A stretch of 63,246 nt of DNA, counting the filler, from Conidiobolus incongruus B7586 (taxonomy: Eukaryota), in the NCBI GenBank assembly GCA_000697335.1. It is 8 parts of 8 records of this genome, joined end to end, with 100 filler letters (N's around TTAATTAATTAA, not from the genome) between each part and the next. Parts side by side here need not be neighbours in the genome. Positions count along the whole stretch, not along the records: positions 32,817 to 55,350 come from JNEM01007455.1; positions 55,451 to 63,246 come from JNEM01007459.1; 6 more parts are not named here. One strand, given 5' to 3'. Shown piece by piece: positions 48,902 through 62,571 of the stretch; positions within the stretch are counted from its first letter, which is position 1, and each line of letters opens with the position of its first letter. A model generated the notes under the pieces. The model was not told the origin of the DNA. It made no database searches and saw only the letters and a list, made by a program, of their open reading frames with translations. The position numbers and the translations under genes were made by a program.

Positions 48902-51900
48902 TACAATTTTTCGAATTAAGAATTTTTATTAATCTATTTTAGTGATAGGTTTTATAATTAGAATGAATTTATTTATAATTTGCTGTATCTATTCAATTTA
49001 GATCTCACTGAAAACTCTATCTCATTAAATATTTATTATTTTTTAACAGTATCTATATTGATCATATTTGGATACATTTCTTATCAATATGACCACAAGC
49101 TGAAATTTTAAATTTTTTAGTTTGTTTCAAATAATAATGAATATTATATATATATAGATTGAATTTATGGTGAGTTATAATAATATTTAATATTGGACAA
49201 TATATAGATATTTAATTAATGTTTAATGAAAATATTTTTAATATGGTACATATTCAATAAATTTTGTCATATCATTGACCTGTAATACAAATTCAAACAA
49301 ATATATTATATGAAATAGGTACTTTTATATAATAATCAAATATATATTTTTTATATATTCCATATTTAATATAAAATTCAATTGTTACCATTAAATTTAA
49401 TGTTGGCAATATTGCCAGCCACTTACACTATTATAATCTAAACAAACAATTTCAATTTGTCCTATAATCACTAAATTATTTGTCATTACTCAATTACACT
49501 TATTGATAAAATTTAACAGGAAAAAAGTTGTTCTTTAAGATACACAAAATTACCATTGTTGAATCAAAAATTAAATAAATATAAACTGACATTTGCCTTT
49601 TCTGTTTTGATTTATAAACTTGAATCATACAAAAACCCAACATTTATTATATCAATTCCTTATTTCTAATAATTGAATTAATGCATTAATACATTATTAT
49701 CCAAGATTATATATTATATGTTGCTGAATTGTAAATTTTACAATAGAGTGGAGGCATTTTTACCAGATTGATGAGGTTTCTAACAGAACAGTAAATTTAG
49801 CTTGCAAGGTACTTGTTATACGAATTAAATAGGGTCAAGAGTTGACTTCCTTTATAAAAATAAATGTGATTCATAGTCTAAAATTGGATTGCGAACTGCA
49901 TTAGTGTAAGATCACACACTTAAAAGCTCTTTAAAATAATGAATATTTTCAATCAAGATTGTGCAAAGATATTGGAAGTAAGATAAATATATTCAGATAG
50001 TAAATGTGAGCATAATTCATTAAATTTCTGAATGTGTTTTTATACACGATTTTGAAGCTTGATAAACTAGTTGGGACCTTGTTTTAGAGTCATGTCAGGT
50101 CAATTACATTATCTCATAAAGATGAATTCCTCCAATATCAACATTGAATTTAAACAATCAATAAACATTTGAAGATTCTAATATGTTACGCCCTAATATT
50201 AATTTATTTTACAATCAACTCAATTGTCATTTTTATCATTTAACTTGTACAGTGATTGTAATAATTTTGATAAGATTAGTGTTTAGTTTAAAACATTATA
50301 TAAGACACTTTATAATATAGTTAAAATAATGTTATATTTCTATTGATACAATATTATAGCCAAATATTTTGAATTTTTAACAGGTTGATATGCTAATAAA
50401 ATGCATTATAAAGTAAAATATATATTAAAATTTATCGGTTTAATCAGTGAAATAAGAAATTAATTAATACAAATAATATATTAACAATTTAAACTTTTGA
50501 AAAATACATATTGGCACATTGAGTTATATTAAAAATCTTTAACTAAAATTTATTAATATTATGTGCTTTGATATCTAATGTACATATTTTAAACTCTAAC
50601 ACATAACAAAATTTGAATATATATTTGGATATTAGCTAAATGGTTAATGATTTACTCTTCAACCATATATAGTTAAAAATGATAGTATAAACATGTATAT
50701 AGTAATGTCTATCTATTGCAATATATTTCCAAAAAATATTGGCATCAAAGAGTAATTAAAAGTTTGATATCAATGAACTCATGTGAAGAGATCAGATAAT
50801 AAAAGAATAAATTTTAAGTATGATTTGAATTGATTAATTTTAATTATCTTTTATTCTTTTTAGACAATACTGAACAATAATATTTTGATAATACACAATA
50901 TTTAGCATTGAATTTTCAATTGAATCTAAATGATCAGCTTTTTCAAAATCAATCAATTTTGAATTTAGTCGTTCCTCTTTATCATAAACCCGACTTCTTG
51001 AACATTTGTTGAGTATTTTTGATTTTAGTTATTAGTAATTTAATAACTATAATTGAGTTGATAAAAACTTAGCGATAACATGGGCTATTATGATTATAAA
51101 AAATATATATTATATTCAATATTGCTAATACAATACAAGCCAATTACAGATATTAAAATATATCAAACAGTTTATTTAATCTTGAATAGGAATGCTTAAT
51201 TGATTTGCTTCATGATGTTCAAAATATACAGATATGACCCTAATTGGATATGTTAATTTTGAATTTGATCATTATAAATATTTAATATTATAATATTTTT
51301 GATAACCTTTCATTTTGTGAGTGAATAAATTCAATTTTTGTTTCCTTAGACATTGATTGTAATAAATTTATATGCCAGCTTTGAGTTGGATTGATTTATT
51401 ATCTTCGTTTGTAATAATAGTAAAATCAAATACAATTGGATTATAAAGTATCCATTATAACCATTTATTATTCAAATATTGATGATTTTATCGATTGTTA
51501 TTAAAAGACAAATATTTAATCATTGAAGTTAAATGATTTTAATTATTGTTCAAAAAATAATTTAAATTATCAAATGATTATGAATTCATATTATATAATA
51601 ATCTAAAATTATATTAAATACAACTCTGTCGCAAAATATAGAGTGGTTTCCTCCCTCAATACCTCAATTTGAAACCATTTTCTTCCGATTTGAATATATG
51701 TTACAAGGAGTCTTTTTAGATTTATATAACCTTGGTATTGATAGATTAAAATTTGAATAATATTGAGTACTCAATTATTCTTTTTAATTTGATCTTCAAC
51801 TCTGACAGATTATAATGGAGATATAAAACTGAATTATCGAATGAAACAGGTATGATTTACTCATACCCTGAAATAGTAGTTTATGTTGATAAATTCATAA

Positions 51901-52778
51901 CCAACACTTCTCAAAATCCATTTAAATTGATATATTAAATAATAATATACGTTAAAATACAATAATACGAAAGGAATAAAATTAGTGCGAAATATAGAAT
52001 AAATTACTCATCATTAGAAATATGTCGTTAATAATTTAAACTATTGAATCAGAGTGATAAAGTAATTTCAATCATTAAATATATATTAGCTTTGAAATTA
52101 TATATTGAATATAACCTGAAGATGAATATTTTAAAATTTTCTATCAATTAAATATTTCTATTTTTTATACAAATAGTTAATAAATTCAAAACTCAATTAG
52201 TATTTAAGGTTTGTAAATAAACATTTTTGAAAGGATTATAGTATCTTTTAATAAACTATATATTAAATGATAATTTGAATTGAATATATTGATATAAATA
52301 TTAAAATGAATATTTTAAAATATAAATGAAAAATTCACATTTACTAGAATATTTTAATTATTTCAATTAAATTAATTATAATTTGAATAAAAAGAAAATT
52401 TTATCAGTATTTAACTAAAAAGATTATAAAATAATTATATTAAATATAAATTTTGCATATTTTTTATTCAAATTATAATTATCTCTAATTCAACTTTGAG
52501 TATCTAAAATTTATAGATATTTTAACTTGAGGATACTAATACTAGAGTTTATTTGGATTTATGGAACTATAATTATTTAAAATAATAGCCTAATTGGATA
52601 TGAATTGAGAAAAAAAAATTAAATCATGATTTGAAATAGAATTAAATTGAAAATATAGTTAGGTTAATATAAATATTGATGAAAAAGTATGCTGTATAGT
52701 TCAATAATATTGTTGCAAATATTAAACCAAAATTATAACAATAATTTTTGTAAATTTATTCGAATATTGAGACATATG

Positions 52779-54308
52779 TTAATTAGATACGTTTTTCAGA
52801 TGAATGTTATTATTGTAGTGAGGATTATCAAAGGCTTGTGCCTGTTTCTTTCCTTTTTCAGGATTGACCACAAATGCAAGTATAATGGGAATGATCATAG
52901 TGATGACGAGGAAGATAAAACCGTATCGAATAGTGCCGGTAGAATTAGTGATTGCACCAACAACTAATGGTCCAATCCATGACGATCCCTTGTCAGTAAT
53001 CTCATAAAGTCCAAAGAATTCGTTTTCTTTGCCCACTGGTAACATTTCAGCAAACATTGATCTATAAAAGGCTAGGATAGGTCCCATAAAGAAACCGTGG
53101 AAGGCAGCAAGGATATAAAGCTCCGTTTTGGTTGAAAATAACGTTTTAGCAAAAATAGATGCAACTCCAATGATGGGAAGAATGAGATAGATAGTGCAAA
53201 GGACTAAAATCATGGTTTTTGTGCGAAGTTTAAAGAATCTTTGGATATACATCCCAGCTACACAGCCTACACCAGATGTAATTGGTGAGATTGCGGCAGT
53301 AATAAATAGCTCCATTTCATTGAAACCAAGTTCAGTCTTAGCAAAAAGAATTGCGACGTTGACGACCGTAGCAAGAGCATCAGACATCAAAAACCAAGAT
53401 AGGAGAAATATAAAAGCTTGGGAAAGCTTGGGAGCTTGTGAAACAGTCTTGAATACAGTCTTCCATGAATACAGCAGATAACTTTCACCAGCGGGAAGAG
53501 GAGGACCAGGACGAGGTTTAAGCAATTTCCAAGTAACTACGGTGAAGAGCAAATACCAAAAACCATTGACTGCAGAAGCTACCTGTAAACCGTAAAGCTT
53601 ATTAGGTAAAAACAAGATTACAATTACACTGAGAATTAAGCAGATAATGGCACCCAAATAAGATATAGCAAAACCCCAGCTACTAATTTTGTTACCAACT
53701 CTCTCAGAAACAATAAATTTTTCTTGTTCAGAGACATTACTATTATAACATTCAATTACTTCTGGGTCATACCTTGTCAAAATCGGAATATATGCATAGT
53801 AAAAAACATATGATACACCAAATGCTACGTTTCCTAAAATCGTGCAAATTCCAGCGAGCCAGTATAAACTTGGTTTTGTAACTGTTAAGTATAAAATCAT
53901 GAATAATGAAGAGATGCATCCTGAACATACCAGCATCCTCTTTCTGTTGTTGCCATGATCCGCAAGTGCGCTGAGACCTATAAATGTGACCGCTTGTATG
54001 GCTACTGAAACTGCTGTCACATACAATGCAAAACTGGATGGTGTCAGGTAAAGGGAGCCCAAGTAGAAAAAACATCGATATCCTGAACGACTAGTGTCAC
54101 AAGGAGCTCCTGTTTCAATGTCATAAGAAACTAACGAACTTAAAGTTTCTAACATCACAGGAGCAGTAATAACCATGATAACTGCAGGGAAAGTTTCCGA
54201 ACCAAAACCATAAGCATAAAATCCCCAAAGCTCCTTTTTAGTTGTGGGAGCAGTGGTATCTGGATCTAAATTATATGAAGAATGTTCGACTTGATCAATT
54301 TTTGACAT
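52779..54308 (-). CDS. ATG22: Atg22-family transporter, paralog 4
   Basis: Same motifs. Most similar to paralog 3. Confidence 0.93.
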   Translation of the reverse strand: MSKIDQVEHSSYNLDPDTTAPTTKKELWGFYAYGFGSETFPAVIMVITAPVMLETLSSLVSYDIETGAPCDTSRSGYRCFFYLGSLYLTPSSFALYVTAVSVAIQAVTFIGLSALADHGNNRKRMLVCSGCISSLFMILYLTVTKPSLYWLAGICTILGNVAFGVSYVFYYAYIPILTRYDPEVIECYNSNVSEQEKFIVSERVGNKISSWGFAISYLGAIICLILSVIVILFLPNKLYGLQVASAVNGFWYLLFTVVTWKLLKPRPGPPLPAGESYLLYSWKTVFKTVSQAPKLSQAFIFLLSWFLMSDALATVVNVAILFAKTELGFNEMELFITAAISPITSGVGCVAGMYIQRFFKLRTKTMILVLCTIYLILPIIGVASIFAKTLFSTKTELYILAAFHGFFMGPILAFYRSMFAEMLPVGKENEFFGLYEITDKGSSWIGPLVVGAITNSTGTIRYGFIFLVITMIIPIILAFVVNPEKGKKQAQAFDNPHYNNNIHLKNVSN

Positions 54309-55450
54309 ATTAAATTAAATTGATTTAAAAAATTAAGCTGTATGAATGATGAACCTTGATGAAAATTCTAATTAATTAAATCTAATTTTTCAAAAATATA
54401 ACCAACTAGAATAAATTATGAAAATTAATAAAAATGAATATAGTTAAAATTAGGTTAAGGTATTATATATATATATTCAGGTCCCATTATTTCATTCACA
54501 AGATCTTAATATGGAGAATATATTGACGATCTAGATATTATCCACTACAACTTATTTTTTGAACATAGTTTAACATTTTTAATAAAGAATAAATTTGTAA
54601 TTAAAGCATATATATTAAACATAATCCTAAAGTTATTATATCACAAATATTCACATTTATTAACTTAATATTATTTTATTAAATAAAGATTAAAATTTTA
54701 ATAACCAATACAAATTAATATATATATATATAATTATATTTATATAATTTTTTATAATTCATAATATAATTTTTATTTATTGAAAATTTAATTAAATCAG
54801 TTTCATACCCTAATTAGATTCAAGTAATAAAATAAGAACAAAATAATTTCTCCAGTCTTTAAAACTTAAAAGTATACAATTCATTAACTCTCTGAGTTGA
54901 TAAAACTAATAAAATATCTTGTACTATATATGCATATTCTTATTTCGATATATTAAAATACTGCTTCTATTTTTGTTTACTTTTGCAATAAATTTCATGT
55001 TCAAACTATTTATTTTTTTATTAAAAGAAGCAATATGAAAAAGATTTTTTAATTGCTCAAAATTAATGTTAAAAGAGTAAGATTTAACAGGATTTTTTTT
55101 TCTGTTATTAAGCTTTTAGTTTTTAACCTATATCATTTAAATTAGCAAATATTACACAAAGTTCTTTAAAAATTTATATTACTTTTGATTGAATTCTTGC
55201 AAATTTTTGTTTTATAATATATTACCATTGAAATTTAATTATGTTAAAATAATATATTGAATATTATATATTAATTATATGTATATTAAATGAATCGTAA
55301 ATTAGCCTAATATACTATAATTTTTAATATAGTTAATTATATTTTAATTCNNNNNNNNNNNNNNNNNNNNNNNNNNNNNNNNNNNNNNNNNNNNTTAATT
55401 AATTAANNNNNNNNNNNNNNNNNNNNNNNNNNNNNNNNNNNNNNNNNNNN

Positions 55451-56668
55451 TACTTTTTAAGAATCAACATTGCTGTTTCTACTTATACCAAACACTTATT
55501 CCGTGGCCAAATTGCTTTCTTGTACACAGATTTACTTAAATTATACGCAAGCTGCAGTAATATTATTAATCAAGCTGTCCAAGAGAATCCTACTTATGGT
55601 CACGTTACTCCCATTGTTCGCGGTGTCAGAAGTGTCAAGAAAGATATTTTGAAGCTTATTACTTCATATATCAATTCTTGTAAAAACCAGGATGAAGTTG
55701 CCACTACTATGATTCCTAGCTTATTTGAAGTTGTTTTGACTGATTACCATAACATGGTCAAAGGTGCTAAAGAAGTTGAAGTTCTTAAGCTTCTCTGTGC
55801 TCTTACGAACCGACTTGAAAAACGTCTCTCTCCTAATTTAAATACAGTTTTCAACAATGTGTTTGTATGTACTATGAGTATGATTTGCAATGATTTCACT
55901 GATCACCTCGATATTCGTCTCGAATTCTATACTATGATCCGTAACATCGTTAGACACTGCTTTGATTATATTCTTACTTTAAATACTGAAGCTTTTTCAC
56001 AAGTCTACAGAAGTATTGTCTGGGCCGCTAAGCACATTACACACGACATTTCCGAAATTGGTCTCATAACTTTCTCTGAATTAATTGAGCAATTCCAAGT
56101 TTGTCCTGAAAATATTCGTAATGACTTCTTCTCTATGTGTCTGTACACAATGCTCCAAGATGTTGTTAACCTCATCACCGATCGTGACCACAAATCTGGA
56201 TTTGCTACCCAATGTCGCATTATGGCTCAAATTCTCAAAGTAGTCAATTCTAATGTGATTACTATTCCTTTATTCAATCCTCAAACTGTCAATGATCCTT
56301 CTATGACAAATGATACTTACTTTCGTGAAATAGTCGTTACTACTTTCGATCGAAACTTCCCTCATATTGGTAGACAAAATATTAGCGCCTTTGTTAATGA
56401 TCTCATGCTTTCCATTGACGATTTGGCTGGATTTAAACTTAAAATGATGGACTTTTTAATTCAAATTAAGGTATATTAATCAACTTTTATATTTCATTCA
56501 AGTATTAATAATTTTCGATATTAATAGGAATTCGGAGATACATCGGAACTCATGAAACAAGATATGGAAGCTGAGAAAGCACGTAAGGCCCAAGAGGCTA
56601 GAGAAGCTGCTCTTAAGATTCCAGGTATGGTTAAGCCTGCTCAATTGCCACCTGGTATGGATGATTAA
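55451..56668 (+). CDS. XPO1: Exportin-1 (CRM1) C-terminal part, 5'-truncated by a gap; exons 55451-56470 and 56528-56668
   Basis: Frame is open from the gap edge. TPIVRGVRSVKKDILKLI, VLTDY, EVL, SIVWAAKH, TDRDHKSGF, DFLIQIK|EF and C-terminal KIPGMVKPAQL match CRM1_C. Confidence 0.88.
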
Positions 56669-56813
56669 TTTAAATTTGTTTAAATTGAACCAATAATTAT
56701 AATCAAACTGGATTATTGATGCTTGTTCTATCGACTTTACATATATATACAATTATATAAAAATGAAATATTATTTCAATGAAATTATTTTATTATTTTA
56801 TTTATTTATATAT

Positions 56814-57762
56814 TTACTGCTGTTTCTTCTCAATTTCCAAAATAGCCTCTAACTGTGATTGTGTGACGGGTTGTACAGATAGTTGACTTCTCTTGAATAA
56901 TATAAGATTTTCCAATGACTTATAATTTTTTTGATATTCTTTAAGAGTTTTTAATGCAATTGGATTGTCGAATTTCCTAACAAATTGTACGTCTACCTAA
57001 ATATAAGTTAAAATTTTTAAACGCTATTTAAATTATAAATGCTAATGATTACTGTAAACCATTTAGGGTTTTCTCTCTCGCTTTTGATATCATAATAAGG
57101 ATGAGATTCATCAAAAGCAGATTCTAAATTAAAATTTTAACCAATTGTAAATTATTATATGTATTGAAAATACCATCTGGATATCCTTCTTTTACAACCT
57201 AATAAATATTTGAATGTTAGTAAAACATTATTTCAATAAGCGCTTGACGAATTTACTTTAGCTAAACCCGCAATTCCAGGAACTTTACAATTTGAATGAT
57301 AAAATAACACCTGTGAACTTGGAATTAATCAATGATAATTGGCAATATTATAATCAATACTTGGTGATCTAATTTAATATAATTTTGCAAAAAGTTCCTA
57401 GCCTCGAAATTTCTCTATTAATAGAGAATGAATAAATAATTTAAACATGTATACACTGTGAATTACCACTCCCTCCCATGTAGTAGTTTGATTGGGGCTA
57501 TTAATCAAATCGTCAATGCTAATAATGTGTGAGATCAAATCGCTTTAGTTTAAGAATCCAATTACCTAAATTTTACATCTTTCCCTTTGACAATTCTTGA
57601 TTCGGGTTCGGCTTTCATTAACCAACAGCTAATTGGCTCATTTAATGACTTCAATAAAGCTGGTAACTGATTCAACTTAGCTTGTTTTTTATTAGATTTT
57701 TTCAATTGATTCTCAATCTTTTTATTTAATTGATTCTTAGAATTTAATTTTTTAACGCTCAT
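56814..57762 (-). CDS. THYN1: EVE-domain protein (thymocyte nuclear protein 1-like), 7 exons
   Basis: Spliced translation: WLMKAEPESRIVKGKDVKFSIDDL...WEGVRNFEARNFL...[31 protein letters not shown]...YYDIKS...PKWFTVDV...QLSVQPV. GT-AG introns. Confidence 0.9.
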
Positions 57763-57971
57763 AATTATCAATATTTCAAGTTTTTACCTGATAGATGATC
57801 ACCTATGTTTATGTCAATTGATCATCAAAATTTTACTATGGGATTACAAATTTTGAGATTAAACGTATGAAAATTCCCATAATTTCAAAGTCAATAAAAT
57901 GGAGATATATAAGGAGGTTGATATGTTAAGTAAATCAACAATTTAGTATTTAAATCAAAAACAACATTAAA

Positions 57972-59308
57972 ATGATTACTAAATCAATTTTGAGACCTCA
58001 ATATAGTAGAAATTTTACAAGGTTTTTAAATACAAAACCTATCAATATTTTGGGTATTGAAACGAGTTGCGATGATACTAGCTGCTCTATTATCAACAGC
58101 AATAGAGAGTTAATTAGCGAGTGTACTATCTCTCAATTTGAAGTACATGAACCTATGGGTGGTATTGTGCCCAATTTAGCATTAAAAAATCATGTTAAAA
58201 ATTTACCGAATTGTGTTAAAACTACTCTAAGTCGAGCTAATATGACCATGAATGATATTGATGTGATTGCCGTTACTAGAGGCCCAGGGCTTGCAAGCTG
58301 CCTTTCAGTAGGTGTCAATGCATCTAAAACACTTGCAGCTGCATTGAAGTAAATTATTGTTAATTTGAATTTTGAATTATTATTTATTTGAATTTTTTAG
58401 TAAGCCATTAATTGGAGTTCATCATATGGTAATTTAAAGCTAATCAATTTAATTTTAAAAACTTACCTATTATTGCAGGAAGCGCACGCGCTAACTGTTA
58501 GATTTACTAATGAAACTCCTGTTGAATTTCCTTACCTTTGTCTACTTATCAGTGGAGGTCATACTCTCGTGTTAATTGTCCACAATGTGAATGAATACAC
58601 CCAACTGGGCTCAACTCTTGATGAGAGTATTGGTGAGGCTTATGATAAGACCGCTAGAACCTTGAACATTCCATGGAATAAACCTAACCATGGTAGCCGT
58701 GGTGGTGGAGCTGGTCCTGCTCTAGAGCTATATGCTCAGAAGGGAGACCCTAACAAATATCCATTTTCAACCCCATTATCAGATGGTTACCAAACTAACA
58801 AGATCAACTGGTCATTTTCAGGTTTGCGGACTCAAGTTGCAAGAAGAGCTGAAAAAGTATTTGAAACTGAAAATCTCTCACCAGAAGAGAAGTATCAAGT
58901 GCAATGCGATTTAGCCGCTTCATTCCAAAGAACAGCAATTAACCACTTGGAACACAAGTTAAAATTGGCATTCAAGTATTGTGCCAAAAACGAGATTAAA
59001 TTGAATAGCTTAGTTGCTAGTGGTGGAGTTGCCAGTAATTTGGCCATTCGTTCAATGTAAAGCATAATTACAAATATATGATTTCATCAAACTTGACATA
59101 ATTTTTTAGGTTGAATCAATTGGCAGAAAATAACCAAGTTCCGCTATTCTGCCCACCACCTCGCTTATGCACTGATAATGGTGTGATGATCGCATGGGCA
59201 GGTTGGGAAAGATATCGTCTAGGAATCGTTGACAATTATGAGTTTGATTTTATGCCTCAGTGGCCCTTAGAAGAATTAAAAAATATGTACCAAATCAACT
59301 CTAAATAG
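57972..59308 (+). CDS. QRI7: Mitochondrial tRNA N6-threonylcarbamoyltransferase (Qri7/OSGEPL1, Kae1/TsaD family), 4 exons
   Basis: Exons 57972-58348, 58401-58428, 58479-59056 and 59110-59308. Presequence-like N-terminus. GIETSCDDT, GPGL, HHMEAH, SGGHT, GEAYDK, SFSGL, GGVASN and TDNGVMIA motifs. Confidence 0.95.
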
Positions 59309-59575
59309 AGTTATTTTATAGATTAAACCGATAATTAATGAATGTAATGATTTATTAATAAATACACTATTTATTTTATCAAATTATACAGTTTTTTCTA
59401 TTATTGAATGCTTTTGATCTCACATTCAAAATTGAGAGAATATATTGGCGGATGTATAGTATAAATTTACACATTTCAATTATATTATATTCAATCAAAA
59501 ACAATAGTGTTAGTACATCAATGATTGAATCTATATGAAAAATTGGAAAGATAAGAAATTGAATAATAATAAGAT

Positions 59576-60827
59576 TTAAACCTTATTAATCATCATCAAA
59601 GCCAATTCATAACCGAAGAAGGTGGCACTGTTGGCAGGGAAAGATCTTAACAAGGTGGGGGAGAAACCCTTGAAGAAACCTCTCCAACCCATATCACCAT
59701 AAATTCTACGGATAACTTGACGAACTGTTACCCTTTCAGCACTTGTTTGCATGTTGGATTTAATGATATCTTGGGGATAAGATGTGAGCCAACAGGAGAT
59801 ACCACTCATACCACCACTCATGAGAAGGTACCAGAAGGGAATTTCACCATCCTTAGAGTGATTCTTAAGATAATATGATTTCATTGCGTTGTAACACATG
59901 AAATAACCAGCAAAGCATGCGGAATCTCTTAACAAAGTGGGGAGAAAACCTCTATATAGGGTCATAGCACCATGTTTGGAAATAATTTGCTTAGCACAAT
60001 CTCCCATACTCGAGTATTTGGCACCGAACATAGTTTGAGTTTGCATACGAATCTTTAAAAATTCCATAGGACAGTAGAAACAGGCGATGATGCATCCGGT
60101 CATAGCACCAGCAACACCTGTGCGCCAGATACTGAGGTTTTCGAGAGGCTGACTTGGGTCAGGATTGAGCATACGACGGAAGTAACCGTTACTGCTGAAA
60201 ATGATAGCCGAGCTACATATTGAAATTAGTTACCTTGTAATTAGAATCCTAAGTATATTATAATTACCAAAAACCAACTGTGACAAGAGGAGGAGTTACA
60301 CCACGATAAAGACCAGTAACCTAAGGAAGCAAAATAAGGTTTAATAAACATATTCCTACTTGCTATTTGTGTTAAGATATGAACTAGATCATTGATCAGA
60401 TATGTAAATAGTATTTACAATATGATCCAACCCTTGAATATTTAATCAATTACTGATAAAATAAGTCATTTATTAAAAATAATAAATAAGATATTATATC
60501 AAGTAATAGAATCATTTTATTATATCATATGTCTACAGAATATTAAAGTAATAATGAATAGTGCTTACCTTTTCTTTTTGTAAAACTTTTTTAAAACAAT
60601 CAACAGCTCCAGAATAGATGGGATTTTTACTCGATTGGGTTTGCATACGCACCTAATGATACTAATTAATATTGTGATCATATTGAATATAAGATTGAAT
60701 ATACTTTAACTGAGTCGAAGGGATGACCAACCATCACTTCACAGCACCCACCGAGAGTTCCGGCGATAAACTCCTGAACGAAGGGAGCGTGAATCAAGTG
60801 ATTTTCTTCTACCGAAGCGACTTCCAT
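59576..60827 (-). CDS. Mitochondrial carrier (SLC25; carnitine/ornithine/amino-acid carrier group), 4 exons
   Basis: Three Px[DE]xx[KR] signatures: PFDSVKVRMQ, PMEFLKIRMQ and PQDIIKSNMQ. Also GLYRG, RD and RSFPAN motifs. GT-AG introns. Confidence 0.92.
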
Positions 60828-62424
60828 ATTGAATAATTAAAATAACAAAGTAAAGATACTAATTAAAGAGGAATAAAAATTATTGATTTTAAGAGATTCA
60901 ATATCCTATTTATAATTTTAACACACCCTTTTTATTTAATTTCAAAGATTAAATTAATTTGGGATTTTGAGGTTTAATATTGCATAATTTATTTTGGAAT
61001 CAATATTATCAATTTTAGGTTTGACGCATATTTATTGATAGTTGTAATAAATTTGTCCAATCAAATCGCTAGATCTAATCTCTATCAATCCACCTGCTTG
61101 ATAGTTAACTTTTACTCAATACAGAAATTAAAACCACCTGATTATATTGAAAATATAAAGCTGTATCAAGAAGAGGTTCTAGTTTAATAGAATCAAGTGG
61201 TTTTTTTACCCAAATTGAGATCCGAACAAATTTAATTCCAGATAGCTTATAGTGATTATTAAGTCATAAATGGTCACCTGGTTAACAGGAGTTCCCTAGT
61301 GGCTCCCTAACTATTTTTTTCAAGACCCTTCAAGTCATGTGAATTAAAATTCAATTTTTAATATTTGTATTGACTAAGTGATTTTTAGTTGGAAAATCAA
61401 TCACAATGCCACTAGAACAATCAACAACTATTCGGTGCGACTCTTAAGTTGATCAGCCTAAATCTCCAAATTCAGTATTGATGTAGCTCCATACTAGGTT
61501 GAATTATACTTAAGAATTTGAGTAAAATTTTTTTGACTTTTTCAGCCTAATGTTAACACATTTTCCACTCAGTTGGAGCTTCTTTATCTCAAGTCATTTC
61601 AACCATGGATATAACATCTCGCCATATGAACCAAGTTTCTCACAATTATTACCTCAATAATGATATAAGGTGGAATAAACGAATTGTCAAGTGTTGAATT
61701 ATTACCCTTGTAATCATTTATAATCTATGATAATGGCTATTGTTTAAAGAATATTTTTATTAGATAGAATTTAACTGTAATTTAAATTATTTTATAATAT
61801 CAATAATATATTATATTGATTTAATTATACCGATTCTTTACCAATATTATATTGATAACAAATATTTTCTCTTTTAAATCATTTTGACATTAATTATTTG
61901 AAAATAATCAATAATTTTCTATAAATAAAAACACAATAATTAATATTTAATATTAATTTAAAAATAAAAAACATTCATAAATTATTTTGAATCTAGGACT
62001 AGAATTGAAATTTTATATCAATAACTTAAAAGTCAACATAAAAAGATATAATATCACAATAGTAACATATTAACTACATTCATTAGGTACAATGTTCAAC
62101 TTTTACTGGAAAAAGTTATATCATTAGTTCCATATAGGAAAATATATAGTATGACGAAATTAATTTCAATTATCATAATACTTGAATTTACACTTTTCAT
62201 ATTATTAATTGTAAAATTATTTTATGATGTAATTATATTTGAATTATAATTGTAATATTTCTGGCTTAATTAATTATATAGGCTTGAGTAACAAATTGAA
62301 TATACTAGCCATATTAATTATGATATTGGCTTACTTATATTTTTACTGATGTTTTAGGAATAATAATGAATAAATATTAGTTTACCATAATATCCAACTT
62401 GTTTATAATTGTTTTATATAAATA

Positions 62425-62532
62425 TTAGTATGGAAATTTAGAAATAGCAAATTTTTTAATTTCTAATCTTTTAAAGATATTATAAATTTAAAAGATTATT
62501 TATATATAAAATATATAAAAATAAATATATTC

Positions 62533-62571
<39 letters not shown>

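Noticed and set aside
49700..51900. Slightly GC-richer patches between ATG22 paralogs 3 and 4 (possible pseudogene)
   Set aside because: I could not recover an ORF, ATG22 similarity or terminal repeats.
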